A stretch of DNA of 58,354 bases, the filler included, from Dugesia japonica (taxonomy: Eukaryota): NCBI GenBank assembly GCA_001938525.1. It is 5 parts of 5 records of this genome, joined end to end, with 100 filler letters (N's around TTAATTAATTAA, not from the genome) between each part and the next. Parts side by side here need not be neighbours in the genome. Positions count along the whole stretch, not along the records: positions 1 to 8,286 come from MQRL01633889.1; positions 8,387 to 21,292 come from MQRL01384922.1; 3 more parts are not named here. One strand, 5' to 3'. The notes under the pieces are model-generated. The model was given only the letters and a program-made list of their open reading frames with translations, made no database searches and was not told the DNA's origin. The stretch's first letter is position 1, and every line of letters begins with the position of its first letter. Positions 1 through 12,619 of the stretch are shown one piece after another. The position numbers were made by a program, and so were the translations under genes.

Positions 1-984
1 AATTTTTTCTTGATTACGGATCCTATGTTGTTTCTCTTTTCCTTGTATCTTCTTTATTTTCTCTTCATTTTTTTTTACGGTTGCTTTTCTTTTTATTTCT
101 TTCCTTCTCCTTTAGTAGGTGTTTTACCCCAACACTATTATTATTATTATTATTATTCTTTAAGTTTCATTGTTTCTACGTTCATTTCTCTCTTTTAACC
201 CATTTGTACCCCTTTATCCCAATTTTAGTGCTTTTCCCTAATTTTTGCACTTAAGTTCCCCATTTCCATATTTTGCCGTATTTTGTCATATTTTACCAGG
301 GTTCAAATCCTTCGATTGAATATTTATTTTACACTTTGTTTTTTAATGTTATTACATTGTGGATAGAGATTTATGATTTTTAAATGTTTTTTCTTAATCA
401 ACATAATATTCTATATCCAATAGATATTTTGATGTTAAAATTTGAGTGATAAAAGTTTTTTTGAATATTCGGTGGTATGGTTTGATTTCTAATATTGACC
501 AACTTGTTTTTGGATTAATTTCATTATAGTTAAATATTGAAGATCATTGAATAATTAGGAAATTATAAAAAATAACAGGGATTTCATTCAGAAGCCATCT
601 AGACAACGTTGTGTCAATTGAGGTATTTATAATTTAATTACAAAATACTTTTTGCAGAATCTACATGTGAAAAGCGATTCAAACTCCGTGATGGAAAAGT
701 CAAATGCTGATGACAAATTAGTGACAACTTACGCATTTAAGAAAAAGAAGTATTGACTCATTTCAACATACTGATAGAAATTTAAAGATGGTGGCAGAAA
801 TGTCAGGCTGCTGATGTCTTTACTTATTGACCCCAAGCTGGACAAATCAATATTTACTTGTATTTTTCATGAATAAATGTTTATTCTAAGTTCAAATAGT
901 TTTAAAGATGAAATATAAATAATATGTAAAATATTTAGAATTAAATACCAATAACTAATATACATCAAATTTTTATAATTCCAT

Positions 985-1469
985 TGTGTATTTCGTTGGA
1001 ATCCAAGTAATTTCTTATTGTTATTCAAAAATGCCTCAATCTAGTTCACATTATGTGGGATTTGGAATTGGAAAATGCTAAGAAAACTTTACGCAGTTGT
1101 GATTCTCATTCGAACGGAGCTCTGGACTTTTACTGTAAAACTTGTGAGAAATTAATTTGTAAATACTGCCAGTTACCTTTGCACAAGGAACACAAGCATC
1201 AATTGATTGAAAAAAATGAAAAAGAAAATTCTTCTGTAATGAAATCAATGAAGAAAAAAATTGGATACAAAGACAAAATATTCAAAACTTACCAAAATAT
1301 TTCAAATTTTTGAAAACGTATTCAAAGCAAAGAAGAGGATGAAAAGCAAATATTGCTGGAAATCGGTTTGAAGATGAAAAAGCTAAGATCAGTGCACCAT
1401 TATGTTAATTATTTAGTGAAAATCTCTTTGTTAAGTTTTAATAACGTTTTACGATACTTCAAATCTTAG
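985..1469 (+). pseudogene. TRIM-like B-box type-2 zinc finger plus coiled-coil fragment, disrupted
   Basis: ORF 1053-1313 contains CDSH-x7-CKTC-x4-CKYC-x4-HKEH (B-box2 spacing). The K/E-rich coiled coil continues past the in-frame stop at 1311-1313 (KRIQSKEEDEKQILLE...). Upstream frames are broken. Confidence 0.55.
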
Positions 1470-1600
1470 CAATAAAGATATCTTTATTTATTTATTTTTG
1501 CATTTTATTATTAAAGCGATAATCCCATTATCAGCGATTCAAATATCGTTGTTTTTGGTTAAATTTTATGTAATCTACCAATTTTAAAAATTGTATTACA

Positions 1601-2180
1601 AGGTAGTAGGTGGATACTCGTGCACCCACGCGGAAGTGAAGCAATAACCGTCCACGCCTCTTTGTGTAAACAACAATAGGTGTGAATTTTCACACCTTTG
1701 TCGCCAATTTTCACACCTTAATGTAAANAATGGAAATTGATATCAAGGTGCGAAAATTCAAACCTTTAAAATAAACAATGACCTTAGCTGTGAAATTTCA
1801 CACTTCAGTTGACCTCCAAATTATCTTTTTTGTTTTAATTAACAATAAAAAATTTCACACATTATTTATTTAATTAAAAAATTAAGAGCGTTGTGAGCAT
1901 TAAAAAGTACTAATTTTTTTATTGTTTAATTAACATAAAAAATTTCACATTATTTTTTTAAAAATTAAAAGCGCGGCGCATTGAGCATTATAAAATTCAA
2001 ATTAATATTTTTTATTGTTTTAATTAACATGCAAAATTTCCACCTTATTAATTATTTATTAAAATTAAAAGTGTTGTGAATTGAGCATTACTATATAAAA
2101 TACAATACGATATAAATGATTATTATTATTATTATTAAAACTGTTTTATAGATGAGAATTTTCACACCTAATTGTAAACA
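1601..2180. repeat. Terminus-like repeat block: four 20-bp palindromes and three ~92-bp tandem units
   Basis: AGGTGTGAATTTTCACACCT-type palindromes at 1678, 1746, 1786 and 2150. The tandem units (about 1826-2090) begin TTGTTTTAATTAACA, a motif also repeated at 40711-40780 beside the Polinton pPolB. The block starts with GTAGTAG at 1603. Confidence 0.6.
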
Positions 2181-3391
2181 ATGAACATATATTATTATTT
2201 ACAATTTATATGATTGTTATATAAGTAGAATNATAAAGAAATAATTAATTATAATATAATAAAAAGATTATTATAGAAAGTAGAATTAAAACAAAATAAT
2301 TATTGTCCAAAGATTTATTAAATTAAACGGAAAAGAGTTATGTAATTAATTAATATTATCATTATATTATAAAATCTTATTAGTAAAGTAAAGTATTAAA
2401 TATCTAAAAATGTAAAAATATTATTATCGTATAATTATTAATTTTGTTATTATGAGTTAAATATTATTAATTGTAAAGAAGGAATCGGAATTTTGAGACG
2501 GGAATATGATATGGTAAAAAGAAATAAAAATTAAAGTAGAATTAAATATTAGTAGTAAATTATTTATATTTATTTGTGGAAATATCAGTAGTTAAATCTG
2601 AAAAATAGAATTTCCAAAATTATTATTTTAGCGATAAATATTGTTAAATTTGTTGAAGGGAATAGAATTTGATAATAAAAATTATATGAGATGAAAGAGC
2701 GGTTAATTTTATAATAGAATAAATAAATGATATTAAATTATTTATATATATGCATGTATTTATCCCAATCTATAAATCAAAACAGAGTTACAAAATTATT
2801 ATTATTATTAATAAATATTATTACTTAATTTAACATTTTCAAATGTCAGCACTGCAGTACCAGTTTAAACGTGCAAATCATCAGAAAATTATGATGACAT
2901 TTTTAATAAGCATTTCTGAGTGACGGGTGAGCATCGCACAGTATTGCAGCTATGTGTTGGGTAAGCACCGCACTGTTTTTCACGGAGTAACTCTAATGGA
3001 AATCTATGATGCCGATTGAGCACCGGTATTCATATGTAAAATAAAAATTTTAAGCAAATACACGAGCACAATATGAAAAAAAAAATAATGACTAAATTTA
3101 GTCATTTATGTAGAATCTGCGAGTGAGCACCGCACGATTCAGAGAAGTCTGAAAATATTTGAAAATATTTGATACATGAAATATCAAAATGATGATGCAA
3201 AAAATTGCTATAAAAGCAATTCGGAATTTAGAAAAAAACTCTCACAAAAAATTTTATAAAGCTAGTTATAAACACAACTTTTTTATCCTTTTAACTCTAA
3301 AAATTACACGTATAATTTGTTAACAATTTTAAAAGGAAAAATTAAAAAGTAATTTTTGGATTGTTTATTTTAATATTATTATCATTTATTA

Positions 3392-3469
3392 TGTCTAGTA
3401 TAATCATGTCATTGTATAATCATGTATAATCATTGTATAATCATAGTATAATCATGTCATTGTCTAGTA
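3392..3469. repeat. Short tandem repeat (TATAATCATG variants)
   Basis: Five TATAATCAT copies, bounded by TGTCTAGTA at both ends. Confidence 0.7.
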
Positions 3470-4487
3470 AAGTTAGCAATGATGATTATCGGAACTCAGA
3501 GATCCGATGCTGCGAAATCATACACTCTGACAAAATCAAGTTATTAAAATGTTTCCGATTAAGGGAGAAATTAAATTATTAAAAGGTTTATGATTATGCG
3601 AGATGAAAAGTAAATGGTTATGATTATGTAAGACGAGTTGTAAAAGACGATGAGAAATATGAGACGACTATTAAAGTGTATGATGGTTAGACGAGGCAGA
3701 TGTTAATATTAAGTGAGAGTCTAAGGATAAACGTAGATGTTGTGAATTAATGATGGTAATAAAAGAATATGAAAGAGTAGTTGATGAGAGTAGAGGGTGA
3801 AAATGATGGTAATAAAAGTGTTACTGAACGAAGATGATAATGAGAGATGAGGTTAAACGTTGCAATGAGATGAATACAAATTGGGTGGTTGAGTTCTAGA
3901 AATAAATACATCTCTATCTACCGATATGTGGTGGTTGAATTCTCCTATTACTGTTTAATAAATTGCTTATTGTATTGCAGAATTGTAGTTGTATTTGTAG
4001 TGAAAATATTAATTTGATGTCCAATATAATTGAGTCATTTTATTCATGCTGTTATTTTAGATTATTATTATTAATATCATAAATGAATTAAAGTTTACTA
4101 CTTCATATAATAAAATTGATATTACTTTAATTAGAAATTTATCATCATAATGCAGGAGGACCATTCGTTGTGAGGATGGAGATAGATGTTCAAGAGATAG
4201 TCTTAAATGAACTCAGATTACTACAGATTATATAAAACTTTGAGAGAATGAATACAAGGTTATAAATGTATCTAGTTGATACCAAATTATGAAGCACCTA
4301 AGATATGTGAAGAAGATCTAACTCCTTCTGCCCATGACGAATGATCGCTAATCTGCCGGAGATTAGTAATTTAGATAATTTAATTTAACAACTCGATGAT
4401 CTTTTTAGCATTATATGGTTATTATTCTGGATAAATATATGTATTGAATTTGATGTATCTTAAAGCAAGAAATATGATTTTCTCTAT

Positions 4488-5561
4488 ATGTCACAGAATA
4501 TCATATTAGAAGGGGCCAAACAATCGGTGACAGTGGCTGGATGGAGTTTCAGCGCGTCTAAGTGTAATGACATGCCTGTGTTATTGAACTCACTAGGAGT
4601 CGAAGGCACTGACATCGATAACTGGTGGATTAATCAGGATCGATTGAGGGAAAAGCAAGGTGAGATTCAACAATTACGAGCAGAAGCCAAACGACAAATT
4701 CAGCAGCATATGAAACATTTCCAACAAATAGAGGCTCAACAAGTTCGCTAGATAAACAGGAGCAATTTTATCAGCAGAGATTGGCCGAGATAAACATATG
4801 GCAGCAAGAACGGGAAAAAGAGTTGGTCACTCTGTTAATACGAACTACGGAACTGGCCGGACAACAACCAGAAAATGCGAGAGACACAGATCGAAGCGAA
4901 AGAATATTCCAAATTATTCGAAAGACTGACCACTAAAGTAGAAGTCATCTTGCGACAAATACTGTTGCCATTCGACGAAACTGAAAAAGAAACAGGTGTG
5001 TGATCTAATTTGATTTAATTGTAATATAGTTTACTGTCTAATTTCTTTCTTGTTATTAAATGCAAACGATAACATCAAGGTTTATGAGAAAGGACAGAAA
5101 TAAATTGTGAAAAACAATAAGTCTGATTATTATACTATTCCAATTTTAATGTTGATTTTGATATTATTAAATTAACAAGCTTCAGGCATAAATAGATCAC
5201 ATTGTTAATTATGAATTAAATAAAAAATGAATATTAAATCCTTCCTAATTATAGTGTCAAATCCAAAGAAGCTGACACATCGCTATCGGACATTCGTAAA
5301 AAGTGGTGTACTATGCAAAGGAAACTACAATCCGAGATCGTAGAACTGCAACAAAAGAACTCATCGTTACGTGATACCAAGTTGAGGGAAAGAGATTTAG
5401 CTTTGTCACAGTCTTGTCGGGCAATGACCGACATCATCAAGGCATATGCTGACAGAGAGGGAGTATTGATTTCCACTGTAAGGACGTTAGTACAAGTTTC
5501 CAAGCCGGAGAAAGAGATCTCAAAGGGAGCGGTCAAGGAAGTCATCAAATTAGATGGATGA
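4488..5561 (+). pseudogene. Frameshifted Q/E/K-rich coiled-coil protein gene of unknown family
   Basis: ORF 4488-4751 continues after a frameshift (DKQEQFYQQRLAEINIWQQEREKEL...), then again (QKMRETQIEAKEYSKLFERL...). A second block at 5256-5561 follows a TAG acceptor. GC is raised over these blocks. Confidence 0.45.
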
Positions 5562-8286
5562 TAAACATTGGACGAGTGATATTACTCGATATGAATAAAA
5601 TGTTGTACAAATGTATTTGTTGAATATTTGATTAACACTTAAGCTAATAATGATCAATATTTTTTAAGCCGGATAGAAATTGAAACCTAAGACGGGATAC
5701 AGCATAGTCCCGCTGAATCCGGGAAAAGGGGGGATCGTGTTACTAGAGAGAGTAACGCAAATTTCTGTGGTTGCTAGGTATCATCCCCTAGACGGAAATG
5801 ATATCTATGAGAAAGAAAAATGGTGATCGAGAGAATGGAAATAAAACTCAGGAGATCGAGTATAAATTAACATAAAAAAGCCTAGTAACCCAGCAAAGAT
5901 GAGTTTGGGTATGCATTAAATTTGAATTTGAGGCATTATATTGGTGTTGTTATTAATATTGTTATAATATTTATTATTGTTATCTTTAATTTTTTTTTGG
6001 ATGATCAATTTTTAATACTGTAAATTTATCGTTATTGAAAATAGAAGTCTGTATAATTTTTGGGTCGATTTCATTATTTTATTATTATCTTTATGATTAT
6101 TTAAGTTTTCTTTTTATAAATAGTTATAAAAACACAACGTTAACATATAAATAAGAATAATATTATTAATCTATGTTTTTTGTATTCAATAGTTAATTAA
6201 GTGGTCCAGGCCTTAATTAATTAATTCGATCGTCAAATTCCAGTTGAATCAGAACCTTAAAACAAAAGGTTTTTTAATAAAAAATGGATGATAACACAAA
6301 GTCTGTTATCTGGACAGATAAGCATCCGGAATATATAAAAGCGCGAGCACTGTTGATGTAAATTAATTGATAAAAAAAGGTGATCAAATTTATTTGGTGG
6401 ACAAAATATATTAATTTTATAAAAAGAAAATCCATTGCTCAAAAACGAGAATCAAAAGAAGTAAAAGATTTTTTTAAAAATATTGTTATGGCTTTGTTGT
6501 TGTTTTAACATGCTGATTTTTGGGTATTCATTGAGAGTAAAGCGCTATATCAAAATGAAAGTTATAATGATAGGTGTTTATAATATCAAAGAACCCGTTT
6601 AATTAATTGGGAAAAATTGAAAATGTAAAGTATCAGTCGAAAATTTGAAAATATAAATTACTAATTGAAAATAAAAATTGTTAATTAGAACTAAACTATA
6701 TCGATTTGTATCTACAAAAGACCAACTATAAAGATCCTGTGTCGACCTTAAGGAGTCGGGTCGGTAGAGGTTGCGCGGCCGTTTAAATTGAAAAATTAAA
6801 GATTATGCTGACTTGCAGCTATGAAAGACTCATTCACTTTAGTTCGAATTGCCTTAAATTTTGAAACAGAGATTATGTTGATTGTAATTATGAAAGAGAT
6901 TAAATACGGAAGTTTTCAATTCCGCGAAGTTTTTATATTTTATACTATAAAAGATTGAGTCACAGAAGTTTGCACTGTTATTAAGTACGAAAATCTAAAT
7001 ATCATATTTAATTTAAACTATGAAAATTAATCTTATTAAAGACTATATCGATTATGAAAGATTAAATAAATATAAGCACATTAACAATTAAACTTAACAA
7101 GGTAGACTCAAAAATGAATGAATAATCTTTAGGCTATGAAGGCTTACTTAGAAAGATGATATCGATTTAAACCTATTGTTCATTTCTTTGATTTTCATTC
7201 CTATTTTAAGTAGGTAATGAGTATGAATGTAAATGAACGAGTTATTGCTAATTAAATGTAAAATTCTCAGTCGAATTTGAAAAAATAATTTGTAAATGAT
7301 TCTCAATTTTAAATTAAAGATAATGTGAGACTTTCCTTTAATATTTAACTAACCGTTAGAGCAGAAATGAGAACAATCATATGATTTAGATAGCAGATAT
7401 TTTATGATTCTTAAAGAAGAAATAACCTAGAATTTGTATCTAAGTTAATCAAGATTTTTAATGGAAATTATATATTTTTTGTTGTAACAAATAAAGATTG
7501 GATTATTTTAAGAATAAATAATTATATTACTGAAAAATTTTTTTTCTGCAGAGATTTATAAAAGAAAACACTTACTAGATAAATGCTCATCATTTATGAT
7601 TTATTGATTTACATTTTCAACATTTGGTGTAATAAAAATTTCTGTTCCATTTATTTGTAACTTTTGACAATAATTAAAGTTCGGTTTCTTTTCGACCACC
7701 TTGTATTAAACATTAATTTTGTTCGGCTAGAAGGAGTATAGAAGACCTGCAACTTATTATTATGTATTTATTCATTAATTTTTTTTGTATTAGTATTATT
7801 TGATAATGATTTTCATTATAATGTTATTGACTTAATATATATTTCGTATTTAATAATACTTTGTCTTAGTTAATTTATTTTAATCTGCTTTAAATTTGAT
7901 TTAGTTCATTTACATTTATATTACATTGCATGGAATCTGTACGTAGTTTTATTTTATTTAATTTTTATATTGATTTTAATTGCGTACTATGTTGATATAT
8001 TAAGTATTTACACACGGAATGACAATAGGCTATGACTTTTATGAATCTAATTTTTCTATCGAAAAGGAATTTTTATCATCAAATTTTATAGTTTTAATAT
8101 AAGGTTTTGAGTACGATTTAGTACGACATAAGATTCGGATATATTTTGTTTTAATTGAGATAAACTGATGTTATAACTATAATTGATTGTTTTGAATCAG
8201 TGTAGTTTTGATTTGCTTAGTATTGAATAATTATTTAAGGTAATTGAGATATAATGAGTATTTATCATCTTAATTCTAATAATGCC

Positions 8287-8386
8287 NNNNNNNNNNNNNN
8301 NNNNNNNNNNNNNNNNNNNNNNNNNNNNNNTTAATTAATTAANNNNNNNNNNNNNNNNNNNNNNNNNNNNNNNNNNNNNNNNNNNN
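8287..8386. other. Artificial scaffold-joining linker (44N-TTAATTAATTAA-44N)
   Basis: Exactly 100 nt with a six-frame stop 12-mer in the centre; four identical copies in the window. Confidence 0.95.
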
Positions 8387-8933
8387 GAGTCCTGCCTAGC
8401 GCAAAATGGTGGCCACTTTCAACATCTTTGAAACCTTTAATTATGTTATAAACTTTTTGTTTGATGCATTCCAAAAATAATTTCGAGTCAACTTTTATAC
8501 TGATTATTGATTTTTCAATCAGGACCTGAAATGTAATTTAATTATCCTCCTGTCAACCAGGTACGTATTCAGCTACCATGCAATGTACACACGTGGTTCT
8601 CGACAGTCATGTAGTTCAATATTAACTGGAAATCATATCACAGAATGTTTATTCAAACTTACTCGATATTTAAAATCTAGTATTTAATAGTCCTTAAAAA
8701 TTAATTGCGACTCCAAAGATTTAAAAAGTATTTTCATTATCAAATTCTTATTATTGTTCCAGGACAGTGAAGAAATATAAGTTATCATATGAAACTATTT
8801 TCGTGTGTAAGAATCAAATATTTATTCTATTAAATATATTTGTAAAATATTAATTCGCTGCAATTAATTATTTAAATTTAAAAATAAAGTCAATATTCAA
8901 CTAATAGCAACAATAAAATTAATTTCATCAAAA

Positions 8934-9155
8934 ATGCTTCCATGCAGCCATCCACCAGGTTATCATACTAACATGGCAAGGCCAATGTATTTGCCGCCAC
9001 ATGCTAGAAGTCAAAACTGCAATTCAATGGATCGTTTTAAACAAGGTTCATTGTACCGACACGACATAGGACCCACAAATATTGGATTTAACCCAAACAA
9101 TCCTTGGAATAACACTTGCTGCATTTGCATCCCAGAATGTTGCGATAAAACATAA
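8934..9155 (+). CDS. Small 73-aa Pro/His/Asn-rich protein with Cys-rich C-terminus (orphan; CYSTM-like architecture)
   Basis: Intact ORF with AAAAATG start context, GC clearly above flanks, tail TCCICIPECCDKT, and ATTAAA about 40 nt downstream. Confidence 0.5.
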   Translation: MLPCSHPPGYHTNMARPMYLPPHARSQNCNSMDRFKQGSLYRHDIGPTNIGFNPNNPWNNTCCICIPECCDKT

Positions 9156-9667
9156 CAAATATATTTCGACTACAATTGAGTTATTTTATTTATTTAATTA
9201 AAATTTTAAATTTAGTAGATTAAATTTACAGCTATTCATCAAATCTTGACTGAACATACGATTTAAATTGGATCAGTGTGTTACAACACAAACACACAAA
9301 TTTGATCACGTACTCATTAATACAAGCAAAACATAAAGGCTAATATTTATGATTATCATCCAAATCATTAATACAACTCTATAGTTGAATAATTTATATA
9401 TGGATAAATAACCAAATTGAGGTCATCGATAGGAATAATTATAGCCAGCTGCATAATAACGTACATTCAAAATAAATCGATAACTTTACACATATCCTGA
9501 GACAAGATATCGTATAACAAATATAGCATAAGATTCACAAAATCAATAACTATTACTATATCAATATTACAACATAATTCATTTTTCTATTAATCAATTT
9601 ATTCGTCAGTCGGTGCCAAATTTATTCTATAATTGATAAACAGTAAAACTGAATCGATAGATAGCGA

Positions 9668-10767
<1,100 letters not shown>

Positions 10768-12619
10768 AATTAAATTTTCTGAATTTTAAATTAAATTAAA
10801 ACAATTTAATAAATACAAAAATAATATTATTATTGTAATCTTTAATAAAATAAGATATAATTATAAAATTAAATTGATAAAATAAGTAAAGATTTCAAAT
10901 TTCAGTAATAAAATTTCAATTCAAGGAAATTTTTGAAATTAGAAAAAATTCAGTTAAAGTTATTTTTATATAAAACACATTATTGGATGTTACAACAAAA
11001 AATTTTAAAAGCTACAAAATTTTCAAAATTGGTGAGAATTTCTTAAATTCCAATCAGTCCTAATTTTATTATCGAAAATTTTAATTTTTTAAGTTTCATC
11101 AGAAATCTTTTTGACAAATATTCAAAACAATGTAATTTAAAATACAATTTTATTCCACATAAATTAAATTGAATTTTGTATAATTCAGTAAAAACTAAAA
11201 AAAACAAATACATTTTATTATTTTGATCGAAGTTTTTTCTTTATTTTAATGAAATCTCAAATGAGATCAATAGTCCAACAATTATTCTCACAACAAATGT
11301 AATTATAAAACTCAGTAAAAACTCATCAAACTTCCAAACAGTGAGGATCTTGGTTTGAGCATTCTTAAATAAGTTTAAAAGTGTAACAAATATTAAATTT
11401 AGCTAATTAATAAAGCCAGAATCAAAAGTTTGGAAAATTAAACAAAATGAGAATAAGAAATCAGCATGTAAAAGAATTTGATGATTTTGGAAAATTGCGA
11501 ATAAAAGTTTAAATGAGAAGTTGCGAACAATAGATGATTTTAAAGAATTATATTTAAGATATTTGGTTGGTGTAGGACCGGCGTAAGCTGGATTTCAAAT
11601 CCAGCGTCGCAGGAGGGCGCCTTGTCATCAATTATATTATTACATTATTTGCATAAATCAAAATAAAACATTTAAAATTTAGACAGAGAAACTCTTTGAA
11701 ATTAATTAAAGTTACAATTTAAACAGTTAAAAAATAAGATAATTATGTTCGGAAAGAACCCAACAAATTCATTTACAATATATGCCAATAACTTGAATTA
11801 CCAAACAAAATCGTTGAAACTACGAATAAGCTTCTTTATTAAAAAAATTGGACAGAAAACAATTTTTAAAAAATAAATACGCAGATTGCTTTACGGTTTG
11901 ATTAATACAGAAAGAATTCGCAAAATTTATGATAAATTTAATCAATTTGTAAAAGAAAATGGAATTGCCTGTGAAATTAGCTCAACAAATTAAAACGAGA
12001 TATTCAAAAAGAGTATAAATACTCGCGAAAAAATAAATAAATAAAAAATTTAGAACAAAAGTAGACAATAAGAGAACAATTGTTGGCAAAAGACGTAAAA
12101 TTATAAATCAAAAACGACTTCCAATAATCGTGCAACGAGAGAATAATCATTGTGGAGATCTAATTTTTGACGATTGGAAGCAAGATACACAATCGTACTT
12201 TCCAATTCTCAGTGCAAGACAATACAATTATCAAACAATACTTAGTCAAAATTACAGTTTTTTCAACATTAGTTAATATATAAGAAAAAAAGGAAATATT
12301 ATCCGAAAAATCCCATAAAACCAAAAGTTCCGAGAAAATAAAGTGTTTTACAATGTGATCAATACTAGGCAGTAAATTGGGATAAACAGTTCTTACACAA
12401 TCGATAAAGAAATCACTAACAGAGAAAAAAATTTAAAACTATCCAAGCACATTTCACAATTAAACGATCTTTAGATGTATGTTCATTGAAAATTGAAATG
12501 CAAGTTATGGATTTTACGTGTATTTCGCTTTCAATATAAAGATCAAAAAAGAAGGAATGTTGTGTGTATATTATTTTGAATGTGCGTTTTTGAGTTGAAT
12601 TATTTAATTTTTATCATCA

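Noticed and set aside
10-198. Hydrophobic ORF (also 15789-15998, 35552-35851, 49375-49599 and similar)
   Set aside because: Products of T-rich or ATT low-complexity sequence; no domain signal.
296-315. GGGTTCAAATCC resembling a tRNA T-arm/B-box
   Set aside because: No A-box, acceptor stem or cloverleaf in the flanks.
1826-2090. Repeats with variable interiors as a possible CRISPR array (also 44490-44607 and 52631-52785)
   Set aside because: Eukaryotic context, degenerate whole-unit tandem repeats without unique spacers, and no cas genes.
6213-6224. TTAATTAATTAA outside a gap
   Set aside because: Not flanked by the 44-N blocks; a chance match in AT-rich DNA, not a linker.
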